A DNA stretch of 61,822 nt, filler included, from Choristocarpus tenellus KU-1152 (lineage: Eukaryota; Protista; Phaeophyceae): NCBI GenBank assembly GCA_964200185.2. It is 9 parts of 9 records of this genome, joined end to end, with 100 filler letters (N's around TTAATTAATTAA, not from the genome) between each part and the next. Parts side by side here need not be neighbours in the genome. Positions count along the whole stretch, not along the records: positions 47,737 to 50,923 come from CAXNAD020021679.1; positions 51,024 to 54,236 come from CAXNAD020021495.1; positions 54,337 to 58,833 come from CAXNAD020014286.1; positions 58,934 to 61,822 come from CAXNAD020023896.1; 5 more parts are not named here. The stretch is one strand, 5' to 3'. Every line of letters begins with the position of its first letter. The stretch's first letter is position 1. The notes beneath the pieces were generated by a model. It searched no databases. It saw only the letters and a list, made by a program, of their open reading frames with translations, and was not told the DNA's origin. Position numbers and translations under genes: made by a program. This document shows, one piece after another, positions 48,986 to 61,801 of this stretch.

Positions 48986-50288
48986 TGCAACAGATGTTTT
49001 TGGCTGCCACCGAACACAAAAATTGGTCATCAACTCCCCTCAAGAAATGTTCCACTTACCTGGTGGGTACGCAGCAGCAAGGCGCTCGTGCGACGCCTGG
49101 TACCGCTGCTCCACCTTCAGGATGACGTCTTCGGGAACGCTTTTGAGCCGGTAGGGTGGTGCATCTTAGAGACGAGGCGGGTGGCCAATGAAGAGGTCGT
49201 GCGGAGGGGTGTTGAGGTCGATAGCAACGTTGGCGCCTATCCCACTCCATGAGGTGCTGTGCATGTATAGCTTTACGCTAACCTTAACCTGCCCAGCACA
49301 GCCTTTTTCAACGCGAAAATCCCTGTAGCTCGTGATGCTGGGAACACGGTTGACGCGACCGTGAAGGAGTCCCTTCAAGTTACCCTCCTTCCGTAGGGTC
49401 TTGCAGTAGACTGGAACCTCTGTGTAAGAGGCCTGCAGCTCTTCACCCAGCTGTGTTCTTGTTAATATGTTCTTCCCTTTGATACCACGTGAGGACCTGT
49501 AGGTGAAATGCAAGCAAGTTAATTTTGAGGCGGGGGCGAAAGAAGTGAAGTGGAGAAGCAAGATATATATGCAGACACATGCTCTGATGCATGTATATGG
49601 AAGTATAAATATAAGAAGGGGTGATGCGTACAATTTTTTTTAGGACATGAACCAAAGAAACGTGTAAAGGAAGGTGTTACAGTGCATCATCATCATGATG
49701 AATGGAATAGGTAGTGGAATTATGCGCGTCTGTTTTGGCGGTTATTTCTAGGGACTTTGCACTCATTCGTTGAATAAAACAGGGTGGTCTATTCTGTTCT
49801 GCGTGCGGTTGTAAACTGTTGACAAATGGACTATGCATGCGTGTGGTTACCTGTGACCGCCATGGGTAGGTGGGTAAAGTGCTGGGAGGGCATGGGATGT
49901 CTGGTTCGCCGCGTCTACAGACATGAACACGAAGCCGAGAGGTTTGCCGTCGGCGTTGGCCCGCATGGCGCTGCTGGTGTTGTTGGCGATGACCAGCCGA
50001 TCCGCTTGGATAATCTGGCGAATGGGGGAGAGCAACATCACGTCTGTAAATCAAATAAATCTGCTTAGAGATGAAAAAATTTGCCAATGGCCACTTGTTA
50101 ACACGTACCAGGTACGTGACAAAAATCGAGTGTAGGTAACAATAAATGTTTGTCTTTGCTCCTGTTTTTTAGTGCTGTATTCAACGCAAAGACAGTATTA
50201 TCGAGACGGGAGCAAGTACGTACGTACGGGACTGGAAGACCGCTACATGACCTGTCCCTCCCACAGCCCGTTGTAGACGACCAGGAAA

Positions 50289-50547
50289 GAGTGAAAGTAT
50301 CTTAGAGGGTATGAGTTTTGCCCCGTTTGTCCATTTGGGGCTTGACTTCTCATGAGTTCTTTACTGACATTTTGCTACTCCAAAATGTTTAGGAGTAGGT
50401 AAAGTGTGTGTGTTAGAAAACAGTGTGTCAGGAACATGGATATTGACACTTCCTAACAAAAGCGATAGCCAAAATTATATCATAATCGCAACATCCGACT
50501 TTGGTCCCATAATGGACGTGACTCTACCCTCTAAGATACTTTGGCTC
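50289..50547 (-). mobile_element. MITE family A, full length, reverse orientation (another left end at 50845-50923)
   Basis: AAA|GAGTGAAAGTATCTTAGAGGGTA...TACCCTCTAAGATACTTTGGCTC|AAA. Confidence 0.92.
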
Positions 50548-51035
50548 AAACAGTCTATCATACAAGGTTTTTGGACAACTAATAACAACAGTTTTGCGCT
50601 GAGTGAGGCTGCTGCTGCTGCCATAAGCACCTGCATCGGAGTCTTCATTCGCAAAAGGCAACAGATGTTGTTCCCAATGGAGGGGAATGATGGCGACGTG
50701 TTGCCACTGTACGATTGTCGCAAAATTAACGCTGGACACCTACCATTCGATGGTCTGATAGCTCCTTGTCGATGGACTCAAGGACGGTGGAGTCGTTCGT
50801 GGGTTTTACACGAGGCGCACTGTGCCGCTTCTCTTTTAACGTGAGAGCCAAAGTATCTTAGAGGGTAGAGTCGCGTCCAATTGGGGGCCAAAATCCAATG
50901 TTACGATTCTGATGTAATTTTGGNNNNNNNNNNNNNNNNNNNNNNNNNNNNNNNNNNNNNNNNNNNNTTAATTAATTAANNNNNNNNNNNNNNNNNNNNN
51001 NNNNNNNNNNNNNNNNNNNNNNNGGGGGGGGGGGT

Positions 51036-51081
<46 letters not shown>

Positions 51082-51177
51082 ATTGTACCGGGTCTGAAGA
51101 GGCTTGTTTACTTGAAAGGCATCCTCGTGTACCATGGTCTTGACTCATCAAGTTTGCACTCACTGACCCTCCATCCC

Positions 51178-51214
<37 letters not shown>

Positions 51215-51231
51215 GCTTGCATCTATATCAG

Positions 51232-51873
51232 GATCCAGATGTAAATGCCCGACCCATTGTTCGAGCAGATTGCCTCAAGTTTGTCTATACCTTCCGAAAT
51301 CAGTTCACGGTGGAGCACCTCTCTGCCCTCATGCCTCTGCTCATTACACACCTTGGTTCAGAACACGTGAGTGGGGGGTGGGGTCTTTGGGGGGGGGGAT
51401 TGAGTAGTCGTTTCTTGATGCGCAGACATTGCTTCTTGTCCTTTTTTTAATGGTTGATGTGTTGTGTTGTGTGTTGTGACGTGACGTGACATGACGTTTT
51501 CAGAGGTGTACCTTATTTTGTGTGTGTGTTTCATGTCATCCCCTCACTGCGTTGCTGTCGGGCGAGGCGTTTTTGGCAGTGGAGTTTGTTGGTGCTTTTT
51601 GTTAATCACGAGGTTGGTTTATTTTTGGAGGTTTTGGAGGTTGAGTTCTTAAAATATGTTTTAATTGTTTTGCGGTTGGTTCTCTTTGAAGTAGTTAGAT
51701 GTGAGTGTTGTACAGTAGGACTTGACGAGATATCGTTAGATGTGAGTGTTGATAACAACGTGCTCTCTCACCGCCCTCGAAATTATTATACGGTGGAAGT
51801 CAGGAAATTTCTGGATTTATTCCGTAGAAATTTCCCGGAAGAGTCTTGTTTTAATAAGACCACACTTGCTTGG

Positions 51874-51909
<36 letters not shown>

Positions 51910-53881
51910 ATGTGAAAGAGTGCGTCCCTAAGCTGCTTGAAATGAGAAAAAAACAAAAAACAATGATTCTTTCTGACTTTTGTAGTAGGAGATGATGTTG
52001 GCTAGCGATGTGTCAAATGAGGGTACGTACTGTGTAAGTATACCTTTTTCTTGTGCAATGCCCCATTGCCTGCAGTATGTCTCGGAACGAGGAGGTAGTA
52101 GAACCTATTGTTGTGATGTGCTTTTGTTCCGCGTGTAGACCATTGGCATTGAGTGGCGTGTACACCCTTCTTTTTTATTGTACTGCCGATGGCTCTTGAT
52201 GGTGACAATATGTGTATGTTGTGTGTGTGTATGTAGGCATATACTTATAGGTATATAGAGAGGTTAGTGTGTTCGTGAATATATATATTATTATTATTAT
52301 TATTATTTTCAATTGTAGCAGTTCATTGATGTTAAGAAAAAAAAATCAGTATCGTATTCTGTAGTGTTTTTTTTTTGTTACTATGATTTTCTCGTGCGTA
52401 TAGAACGCGCGTGCTTTGATGCGGTTGAGTGCGCGGTGAAGGTTTCCTGAGTTGGTTGGACCTAGGATCGCAACTGCTTTCTCTTTTCTTTTTTTTTCTT
52501 TTTTAATGGCATGGTTCAATTGAAAGCGTAGTTGCGTGTATTTTTGTTGTTGGTGGTGGTGAGTATAGCCCCTTTTTTTGTAATTTCCTTGTTGGTATTG
52601 TATGGCAGGCGGTGGTGCAGACGTATGCTGCGATGACCATTGAACGATTCCTTGTGGTGAAGGACAAGAGGGAGGGGCAGAGACCCGTCAATCGCTTTGG
52701 GAAAGATCGACTGGCTCCTTTCCTGGAGCCCCTCTTCGCTGCACTGTTTAAGGTACCTTGGTGTCCATGATGGAGGGATAGGAGGCAGTGATTGGGATGG
52801 AGATGTGTTGAGGCGGTGTGTTTGTAGAAATTCTTGCTTTTGGAGGGGGGGGGATGGGGGGGGTTGGTAGGGAGGGGTTGGTGCTAACCTGTGAATTGGT
52901 TTTGAGTTGCGTGGTATTGCTTTGCTATGCTTTGGTATGGTAAGCTCAGTCGGTGGTTAGGAAAACCTAAAATCGATCCTTGTTATGTTTGAGTGGTCAA
53001 TGGAGGGGATGGACTGCTAGGGAGACAGTGGAACATTTTTTGTATAGGAAACCCCTTGTCGTAGGGGGCGTTTTTTGTAACTGCCGGTGCTGGAACAGGC
53101 ATGTTAGCTACAACAGGAGGCGTGTTTCATTTGTGACCAGATAGATATGGTGAATGAGGAGCAACCGGGTTCAGGGGGGGTTTATCTCAATGAGATAGAT
53201 ATGCTGATGAGTGTAGTTGGTGGGTGTTTTGGGTGTTAGAAGGCTGATGAGTGTAGAGAGGCATACTGTATCACGACTATGTAAGAGGGTTGATGAGTAT
53301 GAAGAGGCATGCTGTATCAAGACATGCAGGTGTGGGTAGATCATTTACATATTCATGTGTGACTGAAGGTATCTTTGAGAGGGGTCAATTTTGTCCCCTT
53401 TTTAGATGAGTTATTGGTTTGTCCCTTTTGAACCTTCAGCAGTACTATGCCGCCGTAATGCAGTTAGCCTTAACCCTTGGGAAGGTACGGCTGTAGAAGA
53501 GAAGATCGTGTGCGAATGTGTTATATATTTTTTTTGCTGAAAATGCCTTCCATAGTGTTGAAAGTCATACATACCATGAGACTGTAGACTGTCACAAGAG
53601 TCTGTCACAAGAGCCATTTGAACTCCTCGGTGGCCTCCTCTTTTCAAGGTACCTCTCCCTTTCTGGAGGATTTGTCTGTTTTGCTTGTAACCTGGGGGGC
53701 GTTTTTGGTGGTGGTGTATGTTTGATTTTGGTACGACAGTGTTGATTCATTCAGTGTGTGTGTGTGTGTGTGTGTGTATTAGGCGCTGGATGAGGGAGAT
53801 GACGGGGAGAACGATAACATGATGAAGGCGGTCATGCGAGCCCTTGACACGGCACAGGAGCTTGTTGTTCCAGTGACACAG
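51232..53881 (+). CDS. CSE1L: Exportin-2 (CSE1/CAS), three internal exons 51232-51366, 52609-52752, 53783-53881
   Basis: PIVRADCLKFVYTFRNQ...LITHLGSEH|AVVQTYAAMTIERFL...PFLEPLFAALFK|ALD...ENDNMMKAVMR matches the Cse1 motifs (ADxxKFxxxFRNQ, VVxTYAA, ENxYxMKxIMR). Phase-0 GT-AG junctions. Confidence 0.9.
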
Positions 53882-54883
53882 GTGACTTTATCATTGTTGT
53901 GTGAGTTCAATGTTTGTGTGTGTGTGTGTGTGTGTGTGTCATGCAGGACTGCTGCGGCGGTTATTTGATGCTGTGTAGTCTTTACCAATAAAGTACTTTG
54001 TGTACTTTGTGTACTTTGTGTACTTTGTATACCTCTAGTGTGCCGTGTGCGGTTCCCCGACTGTTCATGAACGAGAACCTCGATGGCGTTGTTGTTTACT
54101 CACTGGGGGGTTCAAATAGTGTGTTCAGTAGAGGTTTCACCCCTGCCCGGACTGTGGCCTATAATAATAATATATATATATATATAATATGTGGGAACCT
54201 TGTTGGTACTGATTGTTGTACACACCACACGTAGATNNNNNNNNNNNNNNNNNNNNNNNNNNNNNNNNNNNNNNNNNNNNTTAATTAATTAANNNNNNNN
54301 NNNNNNNNNNNNNNNNNNNNNNNNNNNNNNNNNNNNCATACATATTTTACCGTAACTGTCTGATAGAGTTGGAAGAGTCTAATCGAACAAATAGAAGCGT
54401 ACATGACATCCTCTGCACATGTCCACAGAAACGACTGGCAGTTTTTGTAAGCCATTAGCCTACGGAGCAATATGCTGCACAGTACGAAACTCAGATCAAA
54501 GCTCAAGATAAATTCTTAGTTCAGCTAGACATCTTGTGAATTGTTACCAAGATAACACACATCCTACATTCCACAATGTAAGGAAATACAAAATATTCCA
54601 CTCTCTAAACGTGACTGTCACTATGATAAAAACACTGGTACTGGTGATGTAAACTGAAAGTTCCTTAGAGTAGAGAGCAAAGTGGTGCAGACAATCTGTC
54701 ACACTCAACCTTCCACAAAAGACTGTGCAAATCACTTGTCGCACCTGTAGGACCATTACATCCATACGTATATTACATCTTAGCAACAAGTACCTACTTC
54801 CCCTTTCGACTGTAGATCGCCAAAGAGTCTGCATAGCTGGGAACAGGTACACCGATGCTTTCCACTGGGCGTCAGGCACACTC

Positions 54884-56522
54884 TCATTCCTCCACCACAA
54901 CCTTGATCTGATCATACAGGGGGAGATACGGGTGTTTAGTTTGTACACAGGAAAAGCGGGCAAAACGTGGAAATGAGCTAGTAAGGACCGAACGACTAAC
55001 CAGTACACGATTCAACATAAATTAAGATGTATTTTTTGTTCACCTTTTCCCTTTAAAAGGCAAAAACCCCTTTCATCCACTTTGTGGGGTTCTATAGAGA
55101 ACTTTATCTTTGGTAGAACTACATGGGGTTTACCCACCTCGGTAATGCTGATCCAATCGCTTCGGCCTATCCCGATCGATTCGAAGGACAGCTTCTTCGC
55201 ATTGTCAACGCTAATATCGAAATACTGTGACCAGCAGAAAGAGGTAAAAGAACAAAGGGTGAGGTACTGTGAATTACCTCGAGAGCGACACACAGGATGC
55301 TTTATCTAGAAGGTAATTTCATGAGACACATATCACCTGAGGCATTCAGAGAGACAAGCGGATCAATTGACACTGTAATTATATCGAGTCTTACAATTCT
55401 TCATCGAAATCCTAATAACGCCAGCGCGATAGTCCTACCTCGATGCCCTTGGTCTTCCCACTAGATGTGATTGTTCCAAGGGATTTGTTGCCCGCCTTCA
55501 CCTTCAGTGTGCGCTGCCTTTCATTTCCCTTATAAAAAGCTAGGAGGTAGTTGACGGGGTAGTGAGTGGCAGGCATTTTGCAACAAGCAATGCAGAGTGG
55601 ATGGCCTTGAGTCGTCAGTCCCTTATTCTTCGTTATAGATATTATAGACTGATAAAATGTTGAACGAGGTACGTAGTATGCACGGCATTATGACAGAGAG
55701 GAGTACAAAATATTTAAAAATCTTAACTCAAGTAGAGCATATTCCGAGGATGCAAAGGAAAAGGACTCACCAATACCAACCCGAGCAACGTCCTGTCGTT
55801 TCTTGAAGACAAGTGTCAAAATGCACTGCCTCGGTTTCGCTAATACTTTGTTGCATGACCATCGAGACCCTTTTTTAATTTTTCCGTCCTGCAGTCGATT
55901 GGATAATGAACATAATAATGAGGGCAACGTTGTGGACATGATCGGATGTGTATGTGTTTGATATTCCCTGCCAGGCAAAAGAGATTGGGGAGGTCCTGGT
56001 ATGAATATAAATCGGAGAAAGCATTGAGTGCTCTAGGTACCGAAAAGGTATGGCAGTCAGTTCGTACCAAGCACGGAACATGAAATATATAGACATACTT
56101 TAGAGGGAGCAAATAGGTGAGAAGGGAAAGCTTGTCCTATATAGTTACGAGTAGGTGGGAAGAAATACTGACCAAAACTCTCTTAGGCTTACAGCCAGAC
56201 TTCTTGCAACCAACCTCCTTCGGACTTGCTGCGCCTGTCAAAAGCGGTAGCCTTGATCGTCACCTTGGTCACATCTTGTACAAGAACTGTGAAGGTGTTT
56301 GTCACATAGTGCAGGTAATGACCCTGTGAGCGGTATGTGTGTATCTTCACTTTACGATAAGTCACAAAGAAACGTTTTCTTACCTTCTGTTGGAGGTATC
56401 ATGGTGGGGGCCGCAGTTTCTACTTGAAGAGCGCGACTGGGGGCAGGTGCAAAGTCATCGGTGGCTACTAGCCCAATGCCGACACTAAAAAGGAGAGGGG
56501 TAAGGATTGCAAGGAACTTCAT
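54884..56522 (-). pseudogene. Secreted F5/8 type C-like (galactose-binding-like) domain protein, about 192 aa, frameshifted by a 4-bp duplication; exons 56522-56384, 56286-56173, 55888-55771, 55539-55439, 55224-55138, 54907-54884
   Basis: Signal peptide MKFLAILTPLLFSVGIGLVA. Domain motifs ATAFDRR, GCKPKRVL|DG..SRWSC, QDVARVGIAFYKGNERQRTLKV and WISITE|I. All junctions are GT-AG and the frame closes once the GGTT duplication at 56208-56215 is removed. Confidence 0.72.
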
Positions 56523-58259
56523 TCTTGAGTCCGTAGGAGTAGAAATGAGTTTGGGAGTGGTCTCTGATCGCGATGGTATTGTGTGAATAGAGAGGAGTGG
56601 AATGGTTCACTACATTGAGATTCTATTATTATGAAATACTCAAAAAATAAGACCATAATTCAATTTAGTGGAAAATTCATTAAAACTCTGAATATATATT
56701 AGGTTCTGGAAATACACGCATATTGTTATTATATTACAGTAGGTCGAAGATATAATAAACAAGAAGAGATACACTAAAAGTAATTTGTATGTACGATATC
56801 GTTAATTGTATCATAATAATTACTTCCATAATATAATAATATGCCTTATGTCATGATGAGGCAAGGCTCCAATCAGTCGTGTAAATGAGTTTCCCTATCT
56901 GTGGATATTATTATTATGCCCTCTGACATTTTGCAGATGTGTCAGGGGGGAAACCAATGAAAACTATATATATATATATATATATGTATGTCGATATTAG
57001 CCTAAGGAAATTTAATATCCTAAACATAAGAACACTATAAAACATTGTAAGTGTGGAAACCACGATTATTGAGAGAATTTAGACGTAGGGTTGGACATGT
57101 TCCGATAATATTGAATGTATCAATACATAAATATCGTGTATATTTGAGAAAAAATGAAAATATGCATGACATTGACATGATTGGTCTATTTGGAATCTGA
57201 CTAAACTGGAAATATACGTGAGTATTTTCTACTGATTCAAAGTTGTGATGTTTTGATAGGGAGGGATATGTATTTAATTTAATCCAAATTCTTGTTTAAC
57301 AACTGTAGGAACGAAACTTATTCTTGAAATGATCTTATGTAGTTTCCTAGGAAACGTATATAATAGTATATATACATGTCATTATATTTTATGATTTTGT
57401 ATGTTATTTTACTATTATGTCAGAATATATATCTGATATTTTGCAGATGTGTCAGAGGGGAAACCAACTATATTATTATTAAGTGGAAAGCTCCATAAAG
57501 GTCATTTCAAGAATAGGTTCAATAATCAATTATGAAATCTTATTTTGTCATTTGATATATTACAGACGTGTCAAGGAAAGAATCAAACCAATATTTCATT
57601 GTTAAGCCCTCTGACATTTTGGAATATCATAAACCCCTATAAAAGTAACACTAATCGGTTGTAGGTCATGTTCTCATTTATTATTCTTCCATCCCAATCC
57701 CCCCCCCAAAAAAAGTGTGACAGACACCTCTGTTACAGGCGAGCAGTGCGAGAATTTCTTCCCGTGCTTTAACCGGCGCGAGCAGTGTACACACATGGGG
57801 AGCTCCAAAAGGGGGAACTCCGATTTGCTAAAAAGTTGTAGAATAAAATCTGTAACTCGGGAAAGTCGCAAGGGTTCCCATCTGGGAAAGTCGCAAAATA
57901 TATTCCAATGTTTGTAAACCAAAGAAGTCCCAACGGTAAATGGCTGTAAGAGATCCTAAAAACGGCTCCAAATAATGGCTTAGTTCGGGTCTCAAGAGAC
58001 CCACTTTAAAAAGTCCTCTCTTAAAATAATACCAATAAACATTTCTTACGCTGATTGATTCATTGAGAGTACACCTGTTAGCTTAGCTGACGTTTGTTAA
58101 ATTGTGGATTGAAGCTACACATCCTGTGGAGGTAAGTTTCTGGAGTGTGCTGGAACATGGAGGTCCTACCTGGTCTCTTCAAATTGGAGAGAATACTTGG
58201 CATTCACCTCGGCACTTAGGATTCTTGGTAGCTCCATACCATAGCCTGGTTTTTTTTTT

Positions 58260-58501
58260 GAGCCAAAGTATCTTATTTGGGGATCAAAATCCAATGATGC
58301 GATTTTGATTTAATTTTGACCATCGCGTTCGTTGGGAAGTGTCAATATCTATGTTTCAGACACACCTTTTCATAACGTACACATTTTACCTACTCCTAAA
58401 CACTTTGGAATAGGAAAAATTCATTTTAAAAAAAACATGGGAAGCCAAGCTTCAAATGGACAAACAGGGCAAAACTCGTACCCTCTAAGATACTTTCACT
58501 T
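58260..58501 (+). mobile_element. MITE family A with a small deletion in the left TIR
   Basis: GAGCCAAAGTATCTTA...TACCCTCTAAGATACTTTCACT, flanked by T runs. Confidence 0.88.
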
Positions 58502-58966
58502 TTTCCTACTTGGTTTTGGAGTCTCCCTGGACGGTTCTGAGATGCTTTCACCATCCACGGGATTCTCTTCTGCTTGGCCTCGTTGTCTCCTTGAGTAGTC
58601 TTGGAGCGCTTGCATCACCTCCTAACTTGGAGGAAGTGTGATAACATTTGTGGCTCCAAGGGAGGCATCATACAATGCTGGTCACACACGAGTGGTCCCT
58701 GACTACCTTGGTATAGACGTTGCTTAGGTAGTCATTTTCCACCATTTGTACACTCACATTCCCAATCTGTTTTTCGTGTGTCACGTTCTTCTATTGACAC
58801 AAAGTATCTGGGGGGGGGAGGGGGTCTACACCGNNNNNNNNNNNNNNNNNNNNNNNNNNNNNNNNNNNNNNNNNNNNTTAATTAATTAANNNNNNNNNNN
58901 NNNNNNNNNNNNNNNNNNNNNNNNNNNNNNNNNGTTGTGATATTGTCTTAAATTTCTCTTCTATAT

Positions 58967-59143
58967 GGGTCAAAGTATCTGGGGGGGGGGCGGCTGTCCA
59001 TTTTGGGGTCGATTTTTTCATGTCGCGATTTTTGTGTGGTTTGGTTGCATACGTCGGATGGATAATGTAAACGCACTTTTCCTGATTTTGACTCAAATGG
59101 ACACCTTGGTGCAACCCCCCGCCCCCCCCAGATACTTTGGGTC
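58967..59143 (-). mobile_element. MITE family B, full length (other ends at 23283, 33987, 37728, 58796, 61802)
   Basis: GGGTCAAAGTATCTGGGGGGG...CCCCCCCAGATACTTTGGGTC. Confidence 0.85.
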
Positions 59144-60194
59144 AGTTTCATGAGGTTTTTGAACTCTGTCAATTGCGATCTGGTCGTCGAATTTACACCG
59201 GTGGTCTTCCACAGTCACGACAGCGCACCATCTCAAACTTTGCATGCGTCCCAATCTATATGAGAATTAAGCATCGTCTAGGGGGTTCATCACATGGATT
59301 TTTTCCAGGCGAGAACTGGATTTGCAAAAGATATGTTACATTTAAATCCAAACTGAGGAAGTACATGGTAATTTATGCCCACTGAAGTTTTGGAGATGAG
59401 CAAGGGCAGAAAAAAAAAAGAAAAGCTACAACACACGAACCTTGGATACAATAACTGTCATGACAATGATACCTTCTCAACATATGTACCATGTGGAAAC
59501 TTGAGTAGTGCAGTACAGTAAACGTCACCAATGTATGTTTGCGTATTTGAGTAGAGGTTGGGCTAAGCTAAGTTGGAGGCATAGTAGGGGAGTGGTGTAG
59601 AACCATGTTGGTTTCAATTTCTTCAAAGCAAGGAAGTGAGCAGAGATTAGGCGTGGTAGACGCACTAAGTGGGATTGTATCCATTCAACAGTATCCCCTA
59701 AGATATTATTCTCTAATCAGTGTTCACACTACCATGCTCCCAGCCTAGGCCTACAAAGGTGGACGATGAGTTAGGGAAGAACACCAAGACTCTGCCATCA
59801 TCCTTCTCCGTGCCCACCTGACCAATTTATCTATATTTAAACGTGACATATATTTGATGTAAAGTGACTTCAAACGCCTCACATGGTGTGGAAACCCCTC
59901 TTTTTGGTTCTGTTTGAAATATTGGTCTCTTTCGGTCGATTGATGCCTTAGTGCGCGTGCGCGCGGAGAACGGCTGCTGGTCGCTCGTCTGGAATTGTAT
60001 ACGCCTAAGTATTATGAAAACTCTATATTACGTATGTTATGTAGGTATGGTGACCTCACGCACTTAACTTCTAAGTGATATTATACACACAAATAAGAAT
60101 TGAAACTGTATTTTTTGTGTTTGTCTCACGCTTTGTTTATTGTATTCAACAGTACTATTAATGCTACTGTTGTCAGGGTATAAAAAATTATATG

Positions 60195-60385
60195 TGAGGA
60201 ATACCTTTGCAGTGGGAACCTCCAGGTGCCTTGACACACAGGCAGAGGAATTTGTGGATGAGCCAGCGAATCATGTTGTGAGTGGTAGGGGGGCAGAGGA
60301 CTTCAGTCGGAAGGGACTGGTGGAGGCACTCCTTTCACAGATTGTACCAGTAACGGCTCAAATGGCAATCTCCACAAGTGTCATA
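60195..60385 (+). mobile_element. Decayed 3' fragment of a CRE-like retrotransposon
   Basis: NTFAVGTSRCLDTQAEEFVDE...LLSQIVPVTAQMAIS, homologous to 6320-6510. Confidence 0.65.
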
Positions 60386-60387
60386 TA

Positions 60388-61801
60388 CTCCCTCTGTCCT
60401 CTGACAGCTGTGCCGATAAGTTGTAGCTCTTCGGGATGACCTCCAATTACAAAACGAACTTTTTCGTTGGATTCCATATAATATTTTACATTAATATCTA
60501 AATTTCAAAGAATTATACGAAGAAATCTGTTGTGAAATGGGAGCCAAAGTATTATAGAGGGTAGGGCCGCACCCATTAGAGGGCCAAACTCCAATGTTGC
60601 GATTTTGATGTAATTTTGGCTATCGTGTTTGTCAGAGAGTGTTAATATCCTTGTTCCGGACATACCTTTTCATAAGATACACATTTTACCTATTCCGAAT
60701 CACTTTGGAGTATGAAAGTGTCATAAAAACCTCATATAGAAGCTAAGCCCCAAATGGACAAACAGGGCGAAACTTGCACCCTCTAAGATACTTTCATTCA
60801 TGGTTCCGAAAAATAGAACCCAAAATGGGGCATATTCTTATCATTTAGGAATATTCCTCCTGCAGGTGTGGAGCCGCACAACACTATCACAATTGCCATG
60901 GCGAGCCCCCACAGCCTGTCATCCCCGGTACAAAGCCCCCGGTCTAGGGGGAAAGAACTGCGAGACCAAGGAAGGTCGGATTGCACTTGCTCTGTGTTAT
61001 GCATTGGCTCTTCCTCCAGGTCACGAGAGGTTCCCGAGGGGTGCGAGGTCTAAATTGGCGAAAAAGTTTGGAGTGGGAGAGAGGCACCCTAGAAGGGTAT
61101 GGGTGCGTGTCAAAGAGCAGTTAAACAGGGGGAATACCGTCCCCCTGAAATCACAAGCAAAATCTGGACGACACTTTACGCTAACGAAACAAGCGAGGAT
61201 CTGGGAAATCAACGTCAGTAATCACATGCTGACTATCGACCAACTTTTGACCAAGTTCGCAGAAGCGGGCCTCACAGTCAGCATCTCAAAGCTCCATTGC
61301 TGGTTCGAACCAATGGGGGCAATGAGGGTTCAGTTATGTGTCACCACTAGCCTTTCGTTTTTTCAGAAGAAGAACAGGGCGGACTTCACCCTTGACCAGA
61401 TCGTCCGCAACCACAAAACCTGTAGGACTGGCCTCAATGCTGTTCACATCGACGAGGGGTGGTTCTACTTCATCCGAGAAATTAAAGATGGTGCGCATGT
61501 TCCCGGGGGAGGAAACGGTGGGCTTGACCAAGGTGCAGCACAAGAGTCACATTCCCAAAGTGATGTTCATCTCCGCCATTTTGCGATTGGATCCTTCCCA
61601 TGATTTCGACAGCGAGATCAGGACCTGGCGGGTTTGCGTCACGAAGGAGGTGCAACAGAATACAACGCAGCGCACAAGGGGTAAGGAGTACGAGATTGAC
61701 TTCACCGTTAATGCCGAGTAGTACCTGGAGTGGTACATAGAGCAGCTATTGCCAGTGATCAAGGAAAAAATCCCTTGGCTGGAACCAGTGGGGGCCTCAA
61801 T
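60388..61801 (+). mobile_element. Plant-type (DD39D-like) mariner element, defective, truncated at the window end
   Basis: TA|CTCCCTCTGTCC left TIR (Stowaway/mariner type); HTH LAKKFGVGERHPRRVW; VHIDEGWFY; KVQHKSHIPKVMF; LLPVIKEKIPW. Frameshift at about 61480 and stop at 61719. Confidence 0.85.
60541..60799 (+). mobile_element. MITE family A, full length, ATGG TSD, nested in the mariner
   Basis: ATGG|GAGCCAAAGTATTATAGAGGGTA...CCCTCTAAGATACTTTCATTC|ATGG. Confidence 0.92.

Larger units (their letters stand above)
47737..50844 (-). mobile_element. Decayed intron-containing DNA-transposon transposase (DUF7869-like, possibly Sola-type), carrying MITE A insertions
   Basis: Exon-like pieces FVFMSVDAANQTSHALP, RSSRGIKGKNILTRTQL...VPSITSYRDFRVEK...VKVSVKLYMHSTSW and a C-terminal GRFAFFVATEVPLLVGKI...VDFH*LRP. 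In-frame stops; GT-AG borders visible. Confidence 0.5.

Noticed and set aside
51024-51080. Poly-G tract as a G-quadruplex element
   Set aside because: Sits at a contig edge; may be a sequencing or assembly artefact.
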